Shown here in pieces: positions 9,510-18,992 of a stretch of DNA of 64,000 nt. The stretch lies in contig JBFIHX010000005.1 in assembly GCA_041601615.1 (NCBI GenBank), positions 1-64,000 on the forward strand, written 5' to 3'. Source of the DNA: Thermoplasmatota archaeon. Its GTDB lineage: Archaea; Thermoplasmatota; E2; JACPAO01; JAHFTW01. The stretch's first letter is position 1. Each line of letters opens with the position of its first letter. Both the position numbers and the translations under genes were made by a program. The notes beneath the pieces were generated by a model. The model did not search any database. It had not been told where the DNA came from and saw only the letters and a program-made list of their open reading frames with translations.

Positions 9510-10238
9510 GTGGGGGCTGTGCAGTCGGGATTGTTTTTCGTGGCGCTTGTGGCGCTTTCTCTGGTGCCGCCGCTTCTGTATTTGCTGTGGTTGCGCAGTC
9601 GTGAGCGATTTGACCGGGAGCCGATGGGGCCGGTCCTGGGGGCGTTTCTGTATGGTGGCAGCGTCGGTGTGGGCATCGCTGTGTTGCTGCATTTCTTGTT
9701 CGATTTTGGCTACCAGCAAGCGGGCGGTCCGATTCCGTTGTCGGATGCGTTCGTGGCGGCGGTGGTATTTGCGCCCTTGGTGGAGGAGTTTGCCAAGGGC
9801 CTCGGGCTTGGCGGTTTGAAGGGGCGGATTCAGGAGTTGGAGGACGGCATCATCTACGGTGCGGGGCTTGGTCTTGGGTTTGCGGCTACGGAGAACTTCG
9901 TGTATGGCATCACGGCGCTCTTGGACGGCGGCTTTGGCGATGCGCTCGTGACCATCGTGGTGCGCATTTTCAGTTCCATGTTGTTGCACAGCAGCGCCAG
10001 TGCTCTTGTCGGGTTTGGGTACGCCATGGCGCTGCTTCGTGGTCGCTCCATTGGCTCCGTGTTTCCGTACTATGTGCTCGCGGTGGTTTTGCACGCGGTG
10101 TACAATTTCCTCGTGAGTACGCAGGAACTCATTGGCTTGCTCGCAGCGGTCATCATGGTGGTCACCGTGGCGGTTGGCATGCGGCGGCGCATTGAGCACC
10201 TAGACGAGGCGGGAGCCACGCAGGTGTACTCGTATTGA
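9510..10238 (+). CDS. prsW: PrsW-family intramembrane metalloprotease
   Basis: DREP, APLVEEFAK, GLGFAATEN, H..S and LHAVYN motifs. Confidence 0.9.
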   Translation: MGAVQSGLFFVALVALSLVPPLLYLLWLRSRERFDREPMGPVLGAFLYGGSVGVGIAVLLHFLFDFGYQQAGGPIPLSDAFVAAVVFAPLVEEFAKGLGLGGLKGRIQELEDGIIYGAGLGLGFAATENFVYGITALLDGGFGDALVTIVVRIFSSMLLHSSASALVGFGYAMALLRGRSIGSVFPYYVLAVVLHAVYNFLVSTQELIGLLAAVIMVVTVAVGMRRRIEHLDEAGATQVYSY

Positions 10239-10289
10239 TTGAGGCCGGAGGCTGCGCGGTGGACTTGACTCGTTGCACGTTCCGGAGCT

Positions 10290-12056
10290 TTACAACGGGA
10301 ACTGCCAGGCGATGGCCGCAGGAATTACGAACGCCAAGATCAGGTTGAGCGGACCGCCAACACGGATGTAGTCCCGGAATTGGTAGTTTCCAGGAGCGAA
10401 GATCATCGTGTTCGTTTGGTATCCAATGGGCGTCAACATCGAGGTGCTGGCAGCAAGCATCACCGTGAGGCCTACGGGGCGCGGGTCAAGGCCGAGTGCG
10501 ACGGCGGCGGTGGTGGCCACGGGCAGGAGTAGGACGACGCTGGCGTTGTTGCTGACCATTTCTGTGATCAGACTCGTGGCCAAAAACAGGAACACGAGGA
10601 ACCACCAGCCGGGCATGAAGCCGCCAAGCCCGACCACGGCGTCTGCCAGGAGGGCCGCTGCGCCGGTTTGCTCCAGTGCGACGCCGAGGGGGATGATGCC
10701 GGCGAGCATCAGCACGATGTCCCATTGGATGTTGTTGAGGAATTCTTCGATGCGTAGGACGCCGAGGATGACCATGAGTGCGGCGCCGGTGAGGGCGGCT
10801 ACGGCGATATCCATCCAGCCCAGGGCTGCGACGAGCACGACGCCAAGGACGATGAGGATGGCGTGCGGCATTTTCTCGGGCCGGTAGGTTGCCTTTTCGC
10901 GCTCCCTCGTGACGTACAGGTCCGGTTTTTCGCGCATGCGATCGAGCGCCCGAGGAGTCGCTTGGACCAGCAGGACATCACCGGGTTTGAGGCGGCTTTC
11001 AGAGATGGGCCCAACCTCGACGTGGCCGTTGTGTCGCACGGCGAGCACTTGGGCATCGTAGCGTCGTCGAAAGTCGATGCCCTTGACGGTTTGGCCAACA
11101 TAGCGGCTGCCGGTGGTGATGACCACTTCAGCGGTGGCTAGACCGCCGGTTTCCACGTCGGCATCGGCCAACGGGTGGCGCAATTCCGGCAGCGCCTTGA
11201 GGCCCTTTTCTTGAAGCTCGGCAAGTCGTTTTCGGCTGCCCTCCAGCACCAGTTCGTCGCCGAGCATGATGCGGGTGAATGCATGGGGGGCATCCACGGT
11301 GTTTCCGTCGCGGGTGATGCGGGCCACGTGGACCCCTTGTTGGAACGTCAGGCCTGCTTCGCGTAGGTTTTTGCCGGCAAGATCTGATTCCTCGGGTACG
11401 ACGTACTCGGCCAGGAATCCTTTCATGTCGAAGCGTTCGATGAGGTCACCGGAGCCTCGGTCGGGCAACAGCAGGCCGCCGATGGTGAGGTGGTAGAGAA
11501 TGCCGGTGCCCAAAGCGATGAGACCGACGATGGTAAATTCGAAGAAGCCGAAGGGTGCAATGCCCAGGCGGCTGAGCACGGAATTGCCAAGCAGGTTGGT
11601 GCTGGTGCCGATGATGGTCAAGAGTCCGCCAAGCATGGCAATGTGGCTGAGTGGCATCAGGAGTTTGCTGGGGCTGATTCCCGCCTTGCGAGCCATTTGT
11701 ACCACGGCAGGAATCATCACGGCCACCACGGGGGTGTTGTTGATGAAACCGGAAAGCGGTCCCGACGCAACGGCAATTCCGCCCACCTGCCGAAACCGAC
11801 TTTTGCCGCTCCATGAAGACAGCTTCTCGGTCAGAATGTTGACCGCGCCCGTTTGCTGAATCCCGGCCGACAACACGAACATGGACATGACCGCAATGGT
11901 CGCAGGGCTGCTAAAGCCCGAGAATCCATCCTTGAGATCGAGGATGCCGGTGCCCATCAGGACGATGGTGGCCAGCAGAGCAGTCACTGGAATCGGGAGA
12001 ATTTCTCGAAAGAACAGTACGAGGAGTACCACCACAAGGGCCAGCACGATGGCCAT
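10290..12056 (-). CDS. SLC13/DASS-like permease with two TrkA-C domains
   Basis: SGFINNTP, IGTSTNL, TEMVSNNA and TPIGYQTN motifs with a cytoplasmic RCK_C insert. Confidence 0.9.
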   Translation of the reverse strand: MAIVLALVVVLLVLFFREILPIPVTALLATIVLMGTGILDLKDGFSGFSSPATIAVMSMFVLSAGIQQTGAVNILTEKLSSWSGKSRFRQVGGIAVASGPLSGFINNTPVVAVMIPAVVQMARKAGISPSKLLMPLSHIAMLGGLLTIIGTSTNLLGNSVLSRLGIAPFGFFEFTIVGLIALGTGILYHLTIGGLLLPDRGSGDLIERFDMKGFLAEYVVPEESDLAGKNLREAGLTFQQGVHVARITRDGNTVDAPHAFTRIMLGDELVLEGSRKRLAELQEKGLKALPELRHPLADADVETGGLATAEVVITTGSRYVGQTVKGIDFRRRYDAQVLAVRHNGHVEVGPISESRLKPGDVLLVQATPRALDRMREKPDLYVTREREKATYRPEKMPHAILIVLGVVLVAALGWMDIAVAALTGAALMVILGVLRIEEFLNNIQWDIVLMLAGIIPLGVALEQTGAAALLADAVVGLGGFMPGWWFLVFLFLATSLITEMVSNNASVVLLLPVATTAAVALGLDPRPVGLTVMLAASTSMLTPIGYQTNTMIFAPGNYQFRDYIRVGGPLNLILAFVIPAAIAWQFPL

Positions 12057-12180
12057 GTCCAAGGTAAGCAAGGTTGTTGTCCAGACCCGGAACAGATGAA
12101 GACGGTTGCCCCCGGAGCCGCCGTGGGTGCCGCTGCCGGGGGCCGCCGGGCTTTTGAGGGGCCGCCGGGTCCGCGAAGCC

Positions 12181-13089
12181 ATGAAGGTAGGATTCGTCGG
12201 CGCCGGTACCATCGGGGCCAACTCCATGTTCGCGACCCTCGCGCTCACCGACCGCATCGAAGAGATTGCCGTCGTAGACATCATGGAAGAGGTTGCCGTC
12301 GGCCGCGCCCTCGACTTGAACACTGCCAGCGTCGCCTTCGGTCGCCGCACCCGCGTCCATGGTGGCGGTGACTACGCGCTCATCAAGAACGCCGACATCG
12401 TCGTCGTCAGCGCGGGACTGCCTCGCAAACCCGGCATGACGCGCCTGGATCTTTTGCAAAAGAATGTCGGCATCATCAAGGGCATCTGCGCGCAAGTCAA
12501 GAAGCAGGCGCCCAATTGCATCTTCCTCTTGGTCACCAACCCCGTTGACGTGCTGCTGTACGTTGCCTGGAAGGAACTGGGCTTCCCCCGCGAACGCGTG
12601 CTCGGCATGAGCAGCCTGCACGACAGCGCTCGCCTGACCGACATCGTGCGCGACATCCACGGCGACCGCAGCCTGCGCGCAACAATTCTCGGAGAGCACG
12701 GCGAGACCATGTTCCCCGTGCCCAGCATGAGCAGCCCGGAACTCGAAGACGATGACTGGGCCGACCTAGAGCAAAAGACCCGCGGCCGCGCCATGAGCAT
12801 CATTGAGCGCGTGGGTGCTACCGCCTACGCCCCGGGCGCCTGCACCGGCCGCATGGTCAAGGCGCTCGTCGAGGACACGCACGAGGAGGTTCCGACGTGC
12901 TGCATTCTTGACGGTGAATACGGCCAAGGTGACGTGGCAACGGGTGTTCCGGCGGTTCTCGGCAAGGGTGGCCTCGTGCGCATCGTCGAGTACCCGCTTA
13001 CGAAGGTCGAGAAGGCAAAGATGGAGCAGACCTGTCAGGTCATCGGCGACAAAATTGCTGAGGCCAACAAGTTGCTTGTCGAAGCCTAA
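12181..13089 (+). CDS. mdh: Malate dehydrogenase (LDH-like)
   Basis: GAGTIG Rossmann motif; AGLPRKPGMTRLDL (MDH Arg), TNPVD, DSAR, GEHG. Confidence 0.9.
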   Translation: MKVGFVGAGTIGANSMFATLALTDRIEEIAVVDIMEEVAVGRALDLNTASVAFGRRTRVHGGGDYALIKNADIVVVSAGLPRKPGMTRLDLLQKNVGIIKGICAQVKKQAPNCIFLLVTNPVDVLLYVAWKELGFPRERVLGMSSLHDSARLTDIVRDIHGDRSLRATILGEHGETMFPVPSMSSPELEDDDWADLEQKTRGRAMSIIERVGATAYAPGACTGRMVKALVEDTHEEVPTCCILDGEYGQGDVATGVPAVLGKGGLVRIVEYPLTKVEKAKMEQTCQVIGDKIAEANKLLVEA

Positions 13090-13327
13090 GCCCACGCCAG
13101 GGCCAAGGGCAGCGCCAAGCAGAGCCAAGCACAGCGTCGCAAGGCGTGCGGCGCGAGGGCGTAGGCGATTAAGGAGAAATCTTGCAGCCTAGCGTACGCT
13201 CCCGCAGGCCCATAGCTGCCGCTAGACACCTGCATCCATGCAGGAGCGAGCTTTGGTAGGTATTTGCAACCAATTTGGTTGCCAAAAGCTAGTGAAAAGG
13301 GAGAGTGGAGAAGGGATCAGGACGACG

Positions 13328-14434
13328 CTATTCGATGGCGCCGCGCTCAGGAATCTCGCTCTTGGCGAGGTACATGAGTGTGTGCGTCATGGTGTCGGCG
13401 ATGGTTTGGAGGCCACCTGCGAGGCTGCCGGTGATGCAGCGCGCTTCCATCGCCTCAAGGGTGTCGAGGGGCGTGTGGAGCGGGTAGGTGAGGGCTGCGA
13501 CTCCGGTGGTGTCGCTGGGGCTGCCGCCGACGTAGGTGGTCGGGGTGCCGCCCAAGAACACGTTGGCGATGCCCCGTGCGCCGAAGCTCATGTGGTCGCT
13601 GCCGCCGGAGAGACCTACGCCATTGACCGTGGCGATCGGGATGCCGGGGGTGTAGTCGCGAACTTCCATCGGGGCGCCGCTGGCGTTCAGGCCATGCTCG
13701 ACGGCGGCGTGCAAAAGAGCGTAGCGCGGGTGGGCGCCGTCGTTGACCTTGACTTCTTCGTGGATGATCTTCACGGGGAAGTGGCCCAGGGGCATTTGTC
13801 CGCAGGGCCAGTTGAGGCCGGGCGGGTCGGTGTTGAGGTTGGCGATGATGTCCACTTCGGTCTGCTCGCTCGGGTCGTATGCGGCCACGAAGTTGCGGCT
13901 GCCCACGAGGCCTTTCTCTTCGCCGTCGAAGAACGCGAAGACCACCGTGAATGGGAATTCCCAGTCGATCATGGCCTTGGCCATCTCCATTAGGAGGGCC
14001 GTGCCGGCGCCGTCGTCCCAGGCTCCGTAGACGGTGGGGCCGACGCCCGCGCCCACGGTGTCGTAGTGGGCCGATAGGACGACCCATTGCTCGGGGTGGA
14101 CGGTGCCATTCTGGATGGCGAGGATGTTGACGCCGCCGTCGTAGGCTTGGCGCACGACGTGGTGGCCGTAGCCGAGGAGTTCCGATTCAAGGTCGTCGCG
14201 GGCGGTGTCCATGTAGGACTGCGTCGCGGGGTGTTCGAGACGGAAGGGGTGGGTCATGACGTAGGAAGCGATGAGGTCCCGGGCGCCTTGGCCCGTGGGC
14301 ATGGTGGCGTTGAGGAAGTCGAAGAGATCGCCGGTCGTGTCGGTGTTGATGGGCTGGTTGGCGGAATCGCCATCGGAGAGGCAGCCCGCGAGGGCGGGAA
14401 GTGCCAGGAGGGCGGTGAGCAGGAGCGCACGCAT
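13328..14434 (-). CDS. M28 family zinc aminopeptidase, lipoprotein
   Basis: LAGCL lipobox; SAHYD, GAWDDGAG, FDGEEKGL, SDH and LHT motifs. Confidence 0.9.
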   Translation of the reverse strand: MRALLLTALLALPALAGCLSDGDSANQPINTDTTGDLFDFLNATMPTGQGARDLIASYVMTHPFRLEHPATQSYMDTARDDLESELLGYGHHVVRQAYDGGVNILAIQNGTVHPEQWVVLSAHYDTVGAGVGPTVYGAWDDGAGTALLMEMAKAMIDWEFPFTVVFAFFDGEEKGLVGSRNFVAAYDPSEQTEVDIIANLNTDPPGLNWPCGQMPLGHFPVKIIHEEVKVNDGAHPRYALLHAAVEHGLNASGAPMEVRDYTPGIPIATVNGVGLSGGSDHMSFGARGIANVFLGGTPTTYVGGSPSDTTGVAALTYPLHTPLDTLEAMEARCITGSLAGGLQTIADTMTHTLMYLAKSEIPERGAIE

Positions 14435-14547
14435 GTTCCCTTCCGACTCCTCCAAGCTCATATGCCTTGTCGTGTCGGCGGCAGTTTTGTGCCCATGGTG
14501 CCGAGATGGGTACGGATTTCTCTGGGGCCATTCTTCCTCATTGTATC

Positions 14548-15234
14548 ATGGCAGCCCACACACATTCGCACGGTGGACATGGAGGCAACGGCGACCACGG
14601 GGACCAGGGCGACTGGGAAGTCCGAGCCGCCGAGTACGCCGAGATGGCCGACCGACTCGAACCAGAACTGGGCAAGGCGACGAAGCTGATGCTCCAGGCC
14701 GCAGGAATCCGGCCCGGCATCCAGTTGCTCGACCTCGCGTGCGGCCCCGGCCACGCAACGGCCGCCGCGCACAAAGCCGGAGCCGCGGCGTGGGGCCTCG
14801 ATGCCAGTCCCGCCATGATCAACATCGCAAGCACTCGGTTTCCCGGACCGACCTTCGTCCAAGGCGACATGCGCACCCCGCCGAGTGGCCCCTGGGATGC
14901 CGTCACCTGCCGCATGGGGGGCCACCACGCAGATTCCGCATGGATCGCCGCCTCGTTTGCGGTTTTGAAGCCTGGCGGACGGTTGGCCATCGTCGAAACT
15001 GATGCAGTGGACGAGGAGGCGCGGGCGAAGGGGATGCTGAGTCCCGCAGAATGGGTTCGGCTGTTTGAGGCGGCGGGGTTCGTGGAGGTCCGGGTGATGG
15101 ATTCGGGGGTGGATGGGGCGATGCTGGCCGAAATCGGGAGGGTGGACCATTCCGGCGAGAGGGGGCACCAAGCCCCGGGTTTCCCCAAGGGGGCCATCTA
15201 CGTCATTGCGGGAAGCAAGCCTATGGGTGGGTAA
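14548..15234 (+). CDS. Class I SAM-dependent methyltransferase with His-rich N-terminus
   Basis: LLDLACGPG, GLDAS and LKPGG motifs. Confidence 0.88.
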   Translation: MAAHTHSHGGHGGNGDHGDQGDWEVRAAEYAEMADRLEPELGKATKLMLQAAGIRPGIQLLDLACGPGHATAAAHKAGAAAWGLDASPAMINIASTRFPGPTFVQGDMRTPPSGPWDAVTCRMGGHHADSAWIAASFAVLKPGGRLAIVETDAVDEEARAKGMLSPAEWVRLFEAAGFVEVRVMDSGVDGAMLAEIGRVDHSGERGHQAPGFPKGAIYVIAGSKPMGG

Positions 15235-15334
15235 GGGTCGGAATTGGGGGGAGGCAAGAAGACCTCTTGAAGGAAGAGAGGGGTCAGCTGGGGCGATTTG
15301 TGCATCAGCAATTTCCTGCCCGACGCGACACACT

Positions 15335-16522
15335 TCAAGGATTGAGGGGAGGTTTCCAATCCGGCATCTCGCGCGTCATAAATTCATTGAAGAGCGGCAC
15401 CGTAAACGCTGTGTCTCCATGGGATGGGCTCCAGACCATTCCTTTCTTGATGAGGGCACTCCGCGTCGGTCCAAGGCTCTCAACCTTTCGTTGCAACAGT
15501 TTGGCGATTTCGCCCGAGCGATGTGGACCAGGGCCGAGCCACGACATTGCTCGGAGGTATTTCTGCTCCAAGGGGGTGAGCCTATCGAAGCGCACTCTGA
15601 AGAAATTCGTATCGAGTGCAGAGGTAGCGGTTACACTCGCTCGTCGCACATCGTTTTCGTCCACGTGGGGAGGGGCGGCTGCGTTCCATGCATGCTTGCC
15701 CCATTCTTGCAAAAAATAGGGATAACTCTGGGTCATTTCCACAATACCGTCAAGAGCGGATGTGCTAATCGTGGCCCCGGCATCCTCGATCGGAGTCGAG
15801 ATAGCATCCCGGGCCGCGTTGTCATTCAAAGCGCCTACTGCGGGATAGTCGAATAATCGCTCGGCATACGACTTGGCATCGCCAGCCAAACCCGCAACTT
15901 GGGGCAGTCCGGCTCCGAAAAGCAACACAGGCAAACCCCTTTGGGAGATTCGATGAAATGCTACAATGAGGGCCCGCAAGTCTTCTTCATTCAGGTATTG
16001 AACCTCATCAATGAGCACCGCAACGCTACTTTGAGCCGCTTGCGCAGCACGGCCCACGGCGACCAACAATTCCGGCAAATCCACCTCTAGGTTTCCGCTG
16101 TCGGCTGCGGGGGGTGCGGTGACCTCGATGCCGACCTCTCCGATTGATACCTTGAATGCGCTTGCAAAGCCTCGAAGCGCACCCAAGGCGCGTCCTGCAT
16201 ACTCCTTCGCCTGCTCAATCCGGCTGAACTTGAGAAGCACTCCCTTCAGCGCAGGCGCCAGGTATTCGGCCAATCGCCTACTCTCCGGGGCCTCCATGGA
16301 GATCACGGAGTATCCAATATCCTCTGCCATGCTCTCGATTCGATTCAGGAGGACCGTTTTGCCAACGCCACGCAAACCAAGCAGCATTTGCCCTTTTTCA
16401 GGGCGGCCTGCCTTGACGCGATGCAGTGCAATTTCGGCCGCAGCAAGAATTTCTTCGCGTCCGACCAAGGCGGGTGGCGGCGCGCCAGCACCCGGAGAAA
16501 ATGGGTTCGTTAATGGGTCCAA
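15335..16522 (-). CDS. AAA/STAND-like ATPase (AAA_16-type) with C-terminal wHTH
   Basis: NPFSPG..P..LVGR, GLRGVGKT Walker A, LIDEVQ Walker B, YPYFLQ; less biased codon usage than its neighbours. Confidence 0.88.
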   Translation of the reverse strand: MDPLTNPFSPGAGAPPPALVGREEILAAAEIALHRVKAGRPEKGQMLLGLRGVGKTVLLNRIESMAEDIGYSVISMEAPESRRLAEYLAPALKGVLLKFSRIEQAKEYAGRALGALRGFASAFKVSIGEVGIEVTAPPAADSGNLEVDLPELLVAVGRAAQAAQSSVAVLIDEVQYLNEEDLRALIVAFHRISQRGLPVLLFGAGLPQVAGLAGDAKSYAERLFDYPAVGALNDNAARDAISTPIEDAGATISTSALDGIVEMTQSYPYFLQEWGKHAWNAAAPPHVDENDVRRASVTATSALDTNFFRVRFDRLTPLEQKYLRAMSWLGPGPHRSGEIAKLLQRKVESLGPTRSALIKKGMVWSPSHGDTAFTVPLFNEFMTREMPDWKPPLNP

Positions 16523-16680
16523 GTGAATTCTCCCCTGCGCCGAATGGAGCTACCTTTGGGCGTCTTATGCGCCTATGGCCTCCGTATTGGAGCAGGTGTA
16601 AGGACCTTAGGGCATCTTATTAATCTATGCGTCGGAGTTGGGTGAGGGGATGTTGACGGTCGCGGGTCCCGAATGTGGCC

Positions 16681-16762
16681 GGGCAACGGTCGAACTGACC
16701 CGCCGCTCGCGGAGCGAGCAAGGCGAGCGCAGCGAGCGGTCGGGTTGAGTGATTGGTTCGGG
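16681..16762 (-). mobile_element. attC-like integron cassette recombination site (attC-B)
   Basis: Minus strand: CCCGAAC-CAATC-ACTCAAC-[GC hairpin]-GTCAGT-TCGACC-GTTGCCC, matching R''/L''/L'/R' architecture. Confidence 0.85.
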
Positions 16763-16883
16763 GCCTGCGGTTGGCGCAATTCGATGACTTGCTGAGGGCG
16801 TACGTCATTTGTTCGCGTAGGACCTTGGCAGTCCAGCCCCTTGCGACAACCTTCTTGACTTGGGTATGCGAAGGAAATGTCCT

Positions 16884-17633
16884 ATGGAAATCGACGGCAG
16901 TTGTGTCCTCGTCACAGGAGCGGGTTCGGGAATCGGTCGCGCGACCGCAATGGCCTTTGCCCAAGCCGGGGCCAACGTCGTGGTGACCGACCGGGACGAC
17001 GAAGGAGGTCCTGAAACGCTTCGTTTGTTGCAAGCATCTGGGGGTTCAGGCATCTTCACAAGGATGGACGTCACCGACCCGGAGGCCATACGAGCCGCTG
17101 TGGAGCTCGCCCGAGATACGTATGGGGGATTGCATTTTGCAGTCAACAACGCAGGGTGGGAAGGTGTGACAGCCCCCATCCAAGACCAGTCACGCAAAGA
17201 CTTCGACAAGGTCATCCAAGTCAATCTCACGGGGGTCTGGAATTGCCTCAAGGAAGAACTGGCCGCGATGGAGGAAGGTGCAGCCATAGTCAACGTATCT
17301 TCGGTGGCCGGGATCATCGGCTTTGCTGGCTCCGCCGGCTATGTCGCATCCAAGCATGGCGTCATCGGATTGACCCGAACCGCCAACCTGGAAGCGGCGC
17401 CGCAGGGAATCCGGATCAATGCAGTCCTGCCCGGGGTCATTGAGACCCCCATGGTTGATCGGGCGTTCGCCAAGAACCCCGGCATGCGCGAAGCAATCGT
17501 ACCCCTGCACCCCATCGGGCGAACCGGCCGCCCCGAAGAGGTGGCCGAAGCCATCCTTTGGCTATGCAGCCCCAAAGCATCCTTCATCACGGGCGTGTCA
17601 CTTGCGGTGGACGGAGGATGGACCGGCCACTAG
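16884..17633 (+). CDS. Short-chain dehydrogenase/reductase (SDR)
   Basis: TGAGSGIG, NNAG, NVSS, YVASK, PG..ETPM and DGG motifs. Confidence 0.95.
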   Translation: MEIDGSCVLVTGAGSGIGRATAMAFAQAGANVVVTDRDDEGGPETLRLLQASGGSGIFTRMDVTDPEAIRAAVELARDTYGGLHFAVNNAGWEGVTAPIQDQSRKDFDKVIQVNLTGVWNCLKEELAAMEEGAAIVNVSSVAGIIGFAGSAGYVASKHGVIGLTRTANLEAAPQGIRINAVLPGVIETPMVDRAFAKNPGMREAIVPLHPIGRTGRPEEVAEAILWLCSPKASFITGVSLAVDGGWTGH

Positions 17634-17638
17634 GCCAA

Positions 17639-18151
17639 TCAGATGAGCGCATGTGCTGCCGCGCCGACTAGGTACGCTGCCCCACCTGCCAGCACGCCGA
17701 CGAACAGCATCTCGGCACTTGCCCGGACACGGGACAGTGGCAGGAACTTCGCCCGCCCCGCCCCTACAGCCAACAACACCAATGCGCCAAGGAAGCTGGC
17801 AGCGGCCAACCTCCCTCCCGGGAAGGTAGGCACCGCCAAGCCAGACAAGGGAATACTTCCAGCAACCGCGAATGCCAGGGCCGTTGCCAAACCATGCCGC
17901 CACGGCTGCTCGCTTCGAACCGAGCTACCGGTCTGCTGCAACTCACTCTTGAGCCCTAGATAGTTGCTCGCCCCCATCGACAATCCATCGGCAACCAAGT
18001 TGGCGAGCCCAAGAATCAGGGCCACGCGAATCCCGAGCCCAGCCCCAGCGCTGCCCGCCACCACTGCGATGGTCGTGATGACGCCATCCAGAGAACCATA
18101 GATGATATCGCGCAGGTAATGGCCGATGCCGCTGACCGGGCGTCCGTTCAT
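17639..18151 (-). CDS. VIT1/CCC1 family Fe/Mn transporter
   Basis: LRDIIYGSLDG and ANLVADGLSMGASNYL motifs. Confidence 0.9.
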   Translation of the reverse strand: MNGRPVSGIGHYLRDIIYGSLDGVITTIAVVAGSAGAGLGIRVALILGLANLVADGLSMGASNYLGLKSELQQTGSSVRSEQPWRHGLATALAFAVAGSIPLSGLAVPTFPGGRLAAASFLGALVLLAVGAGRAKFLPLSRVRASAEMLFVGVLAGGAAYLVGAAAHALI

Positions 18152-18240
18152 GACACGAAACCTGCTTTGACCTTGAAGAACAATTCCTAACTGAAACTGT
18201 GGAGCGCTCCTCATCTGATGCCCGACACCCTGCGCCAGGC

Positions 18241-18304
18241 GCCGAACGGCTACGAACTAACCCGTGAGGCCACAGGCCGAGTCGGGTTGAGTGAGTTGTT
18301 CTAC
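18241..18304 (-). mobile_element. attC-like site (attC-A)
   Basis: Minus strand: GTAGAAC-AACTC-ACTCAAC-CCGACTCGGCCTGTGGCCTCACGG-GTTAGT-TCGTAGCC-GTTCGGC. Confidence 0.88.
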
Positions 18305-18825
18305 CGCTTGTGCGTGCTCTAAAAATCCCTATTCTGCCGGTTGAATCGAGTCCTTGATGAACGTCAACACGTATCCGACGATAAGGCCAAGCAGAAACGT
18401 AAACGTCGACCCATCGACCTTGTCTACGTAGGTTAGGCCGGCCGCAGTAATGACGACCAATCCCACCACCGCCACAGCAATCCAGGCCATCCGGGTGTGA
18501 AGCCGTGCCTCCGACTCTGTCCTCTTTAGTTTGCTCTCGGCGTAGCTGGTCATCAACTTCACGAGAGGGTCTGCTTTTTCGGCGACCATTTCTAAAAGCC
18601 GCACGAGGCCATCCGGTGCAGCGGCGGAGCCTGCGGGTTCAGCCTGTTGGTAATCCGTGGATTGGTTTTCCGATTCCGCCTCGTTTTGGGTCGTAGTTTG
18701 ACCGTTTGTTTCACCAGCACTGGCCATCTAGATTTCTGATTGTTCACGAATGGAAAAGAATTGGCTCCTGCTGCGGGTGGCGCCTCTGGATGGCGCAAGG
18801 CTAGGCGATGCCAGAAGCGGTAGAA
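18247..18825 (-). mobile_element. Gene cassette A (single ORF)
   Basis: Cassette start GTTCTACCGCTT (18826-18815) is a perfect 12-bp complement of its R'' region (18298-18309). Confidence 0.8.
18329..18727 (-). CDS. Hypothetical two-TM membrane protein (cassette gene)
   Basis: 132-aa ORF, polar N-terminus, two C-terminal TM helices; ends 24 bp before attC-A. Confidence 0.7.
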   Translation of the reverse strand: MASAGETNGQTTTQNEAESENQSTDYQQAEPAGSAAAPDGLVRLLEMVAEKADPLVKLMTSYAESKLKRTESEARLHTRMAWIAVAVVGLVVITAAGLTYVDKVDGSTFTFLLGLIVGYVLTFIKDSIQPAE

Positions 18826-18992
18826 CTCCTCCTTCACGAGTTTTCCCCTAATGTTCCGTCACGTCAGCGGCTTCCCGAGCGCCACTCCCCGCAGTCTCTT
18901 CAAAAAACTCGCCCACAGTCAGTAGTCCATCAGGCGTTTGCGCATGGTCTCTTGCTTCTCGGCACTCTAGCCGGCGAGCCCCTCGCCTAGGT

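Larger units (their letters stand above)
16687..18246 (-). mobile_element. Gene cassette B (VIT1 + inverted SDR)
   Basis: Cassette start GTTCGGCGCCTG pairs 11/12 with its own R'' region (+ strand 16756-16767 gttcggggcctg vs 18236-18247 caggcgccgaac). Confidence 0.75.
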
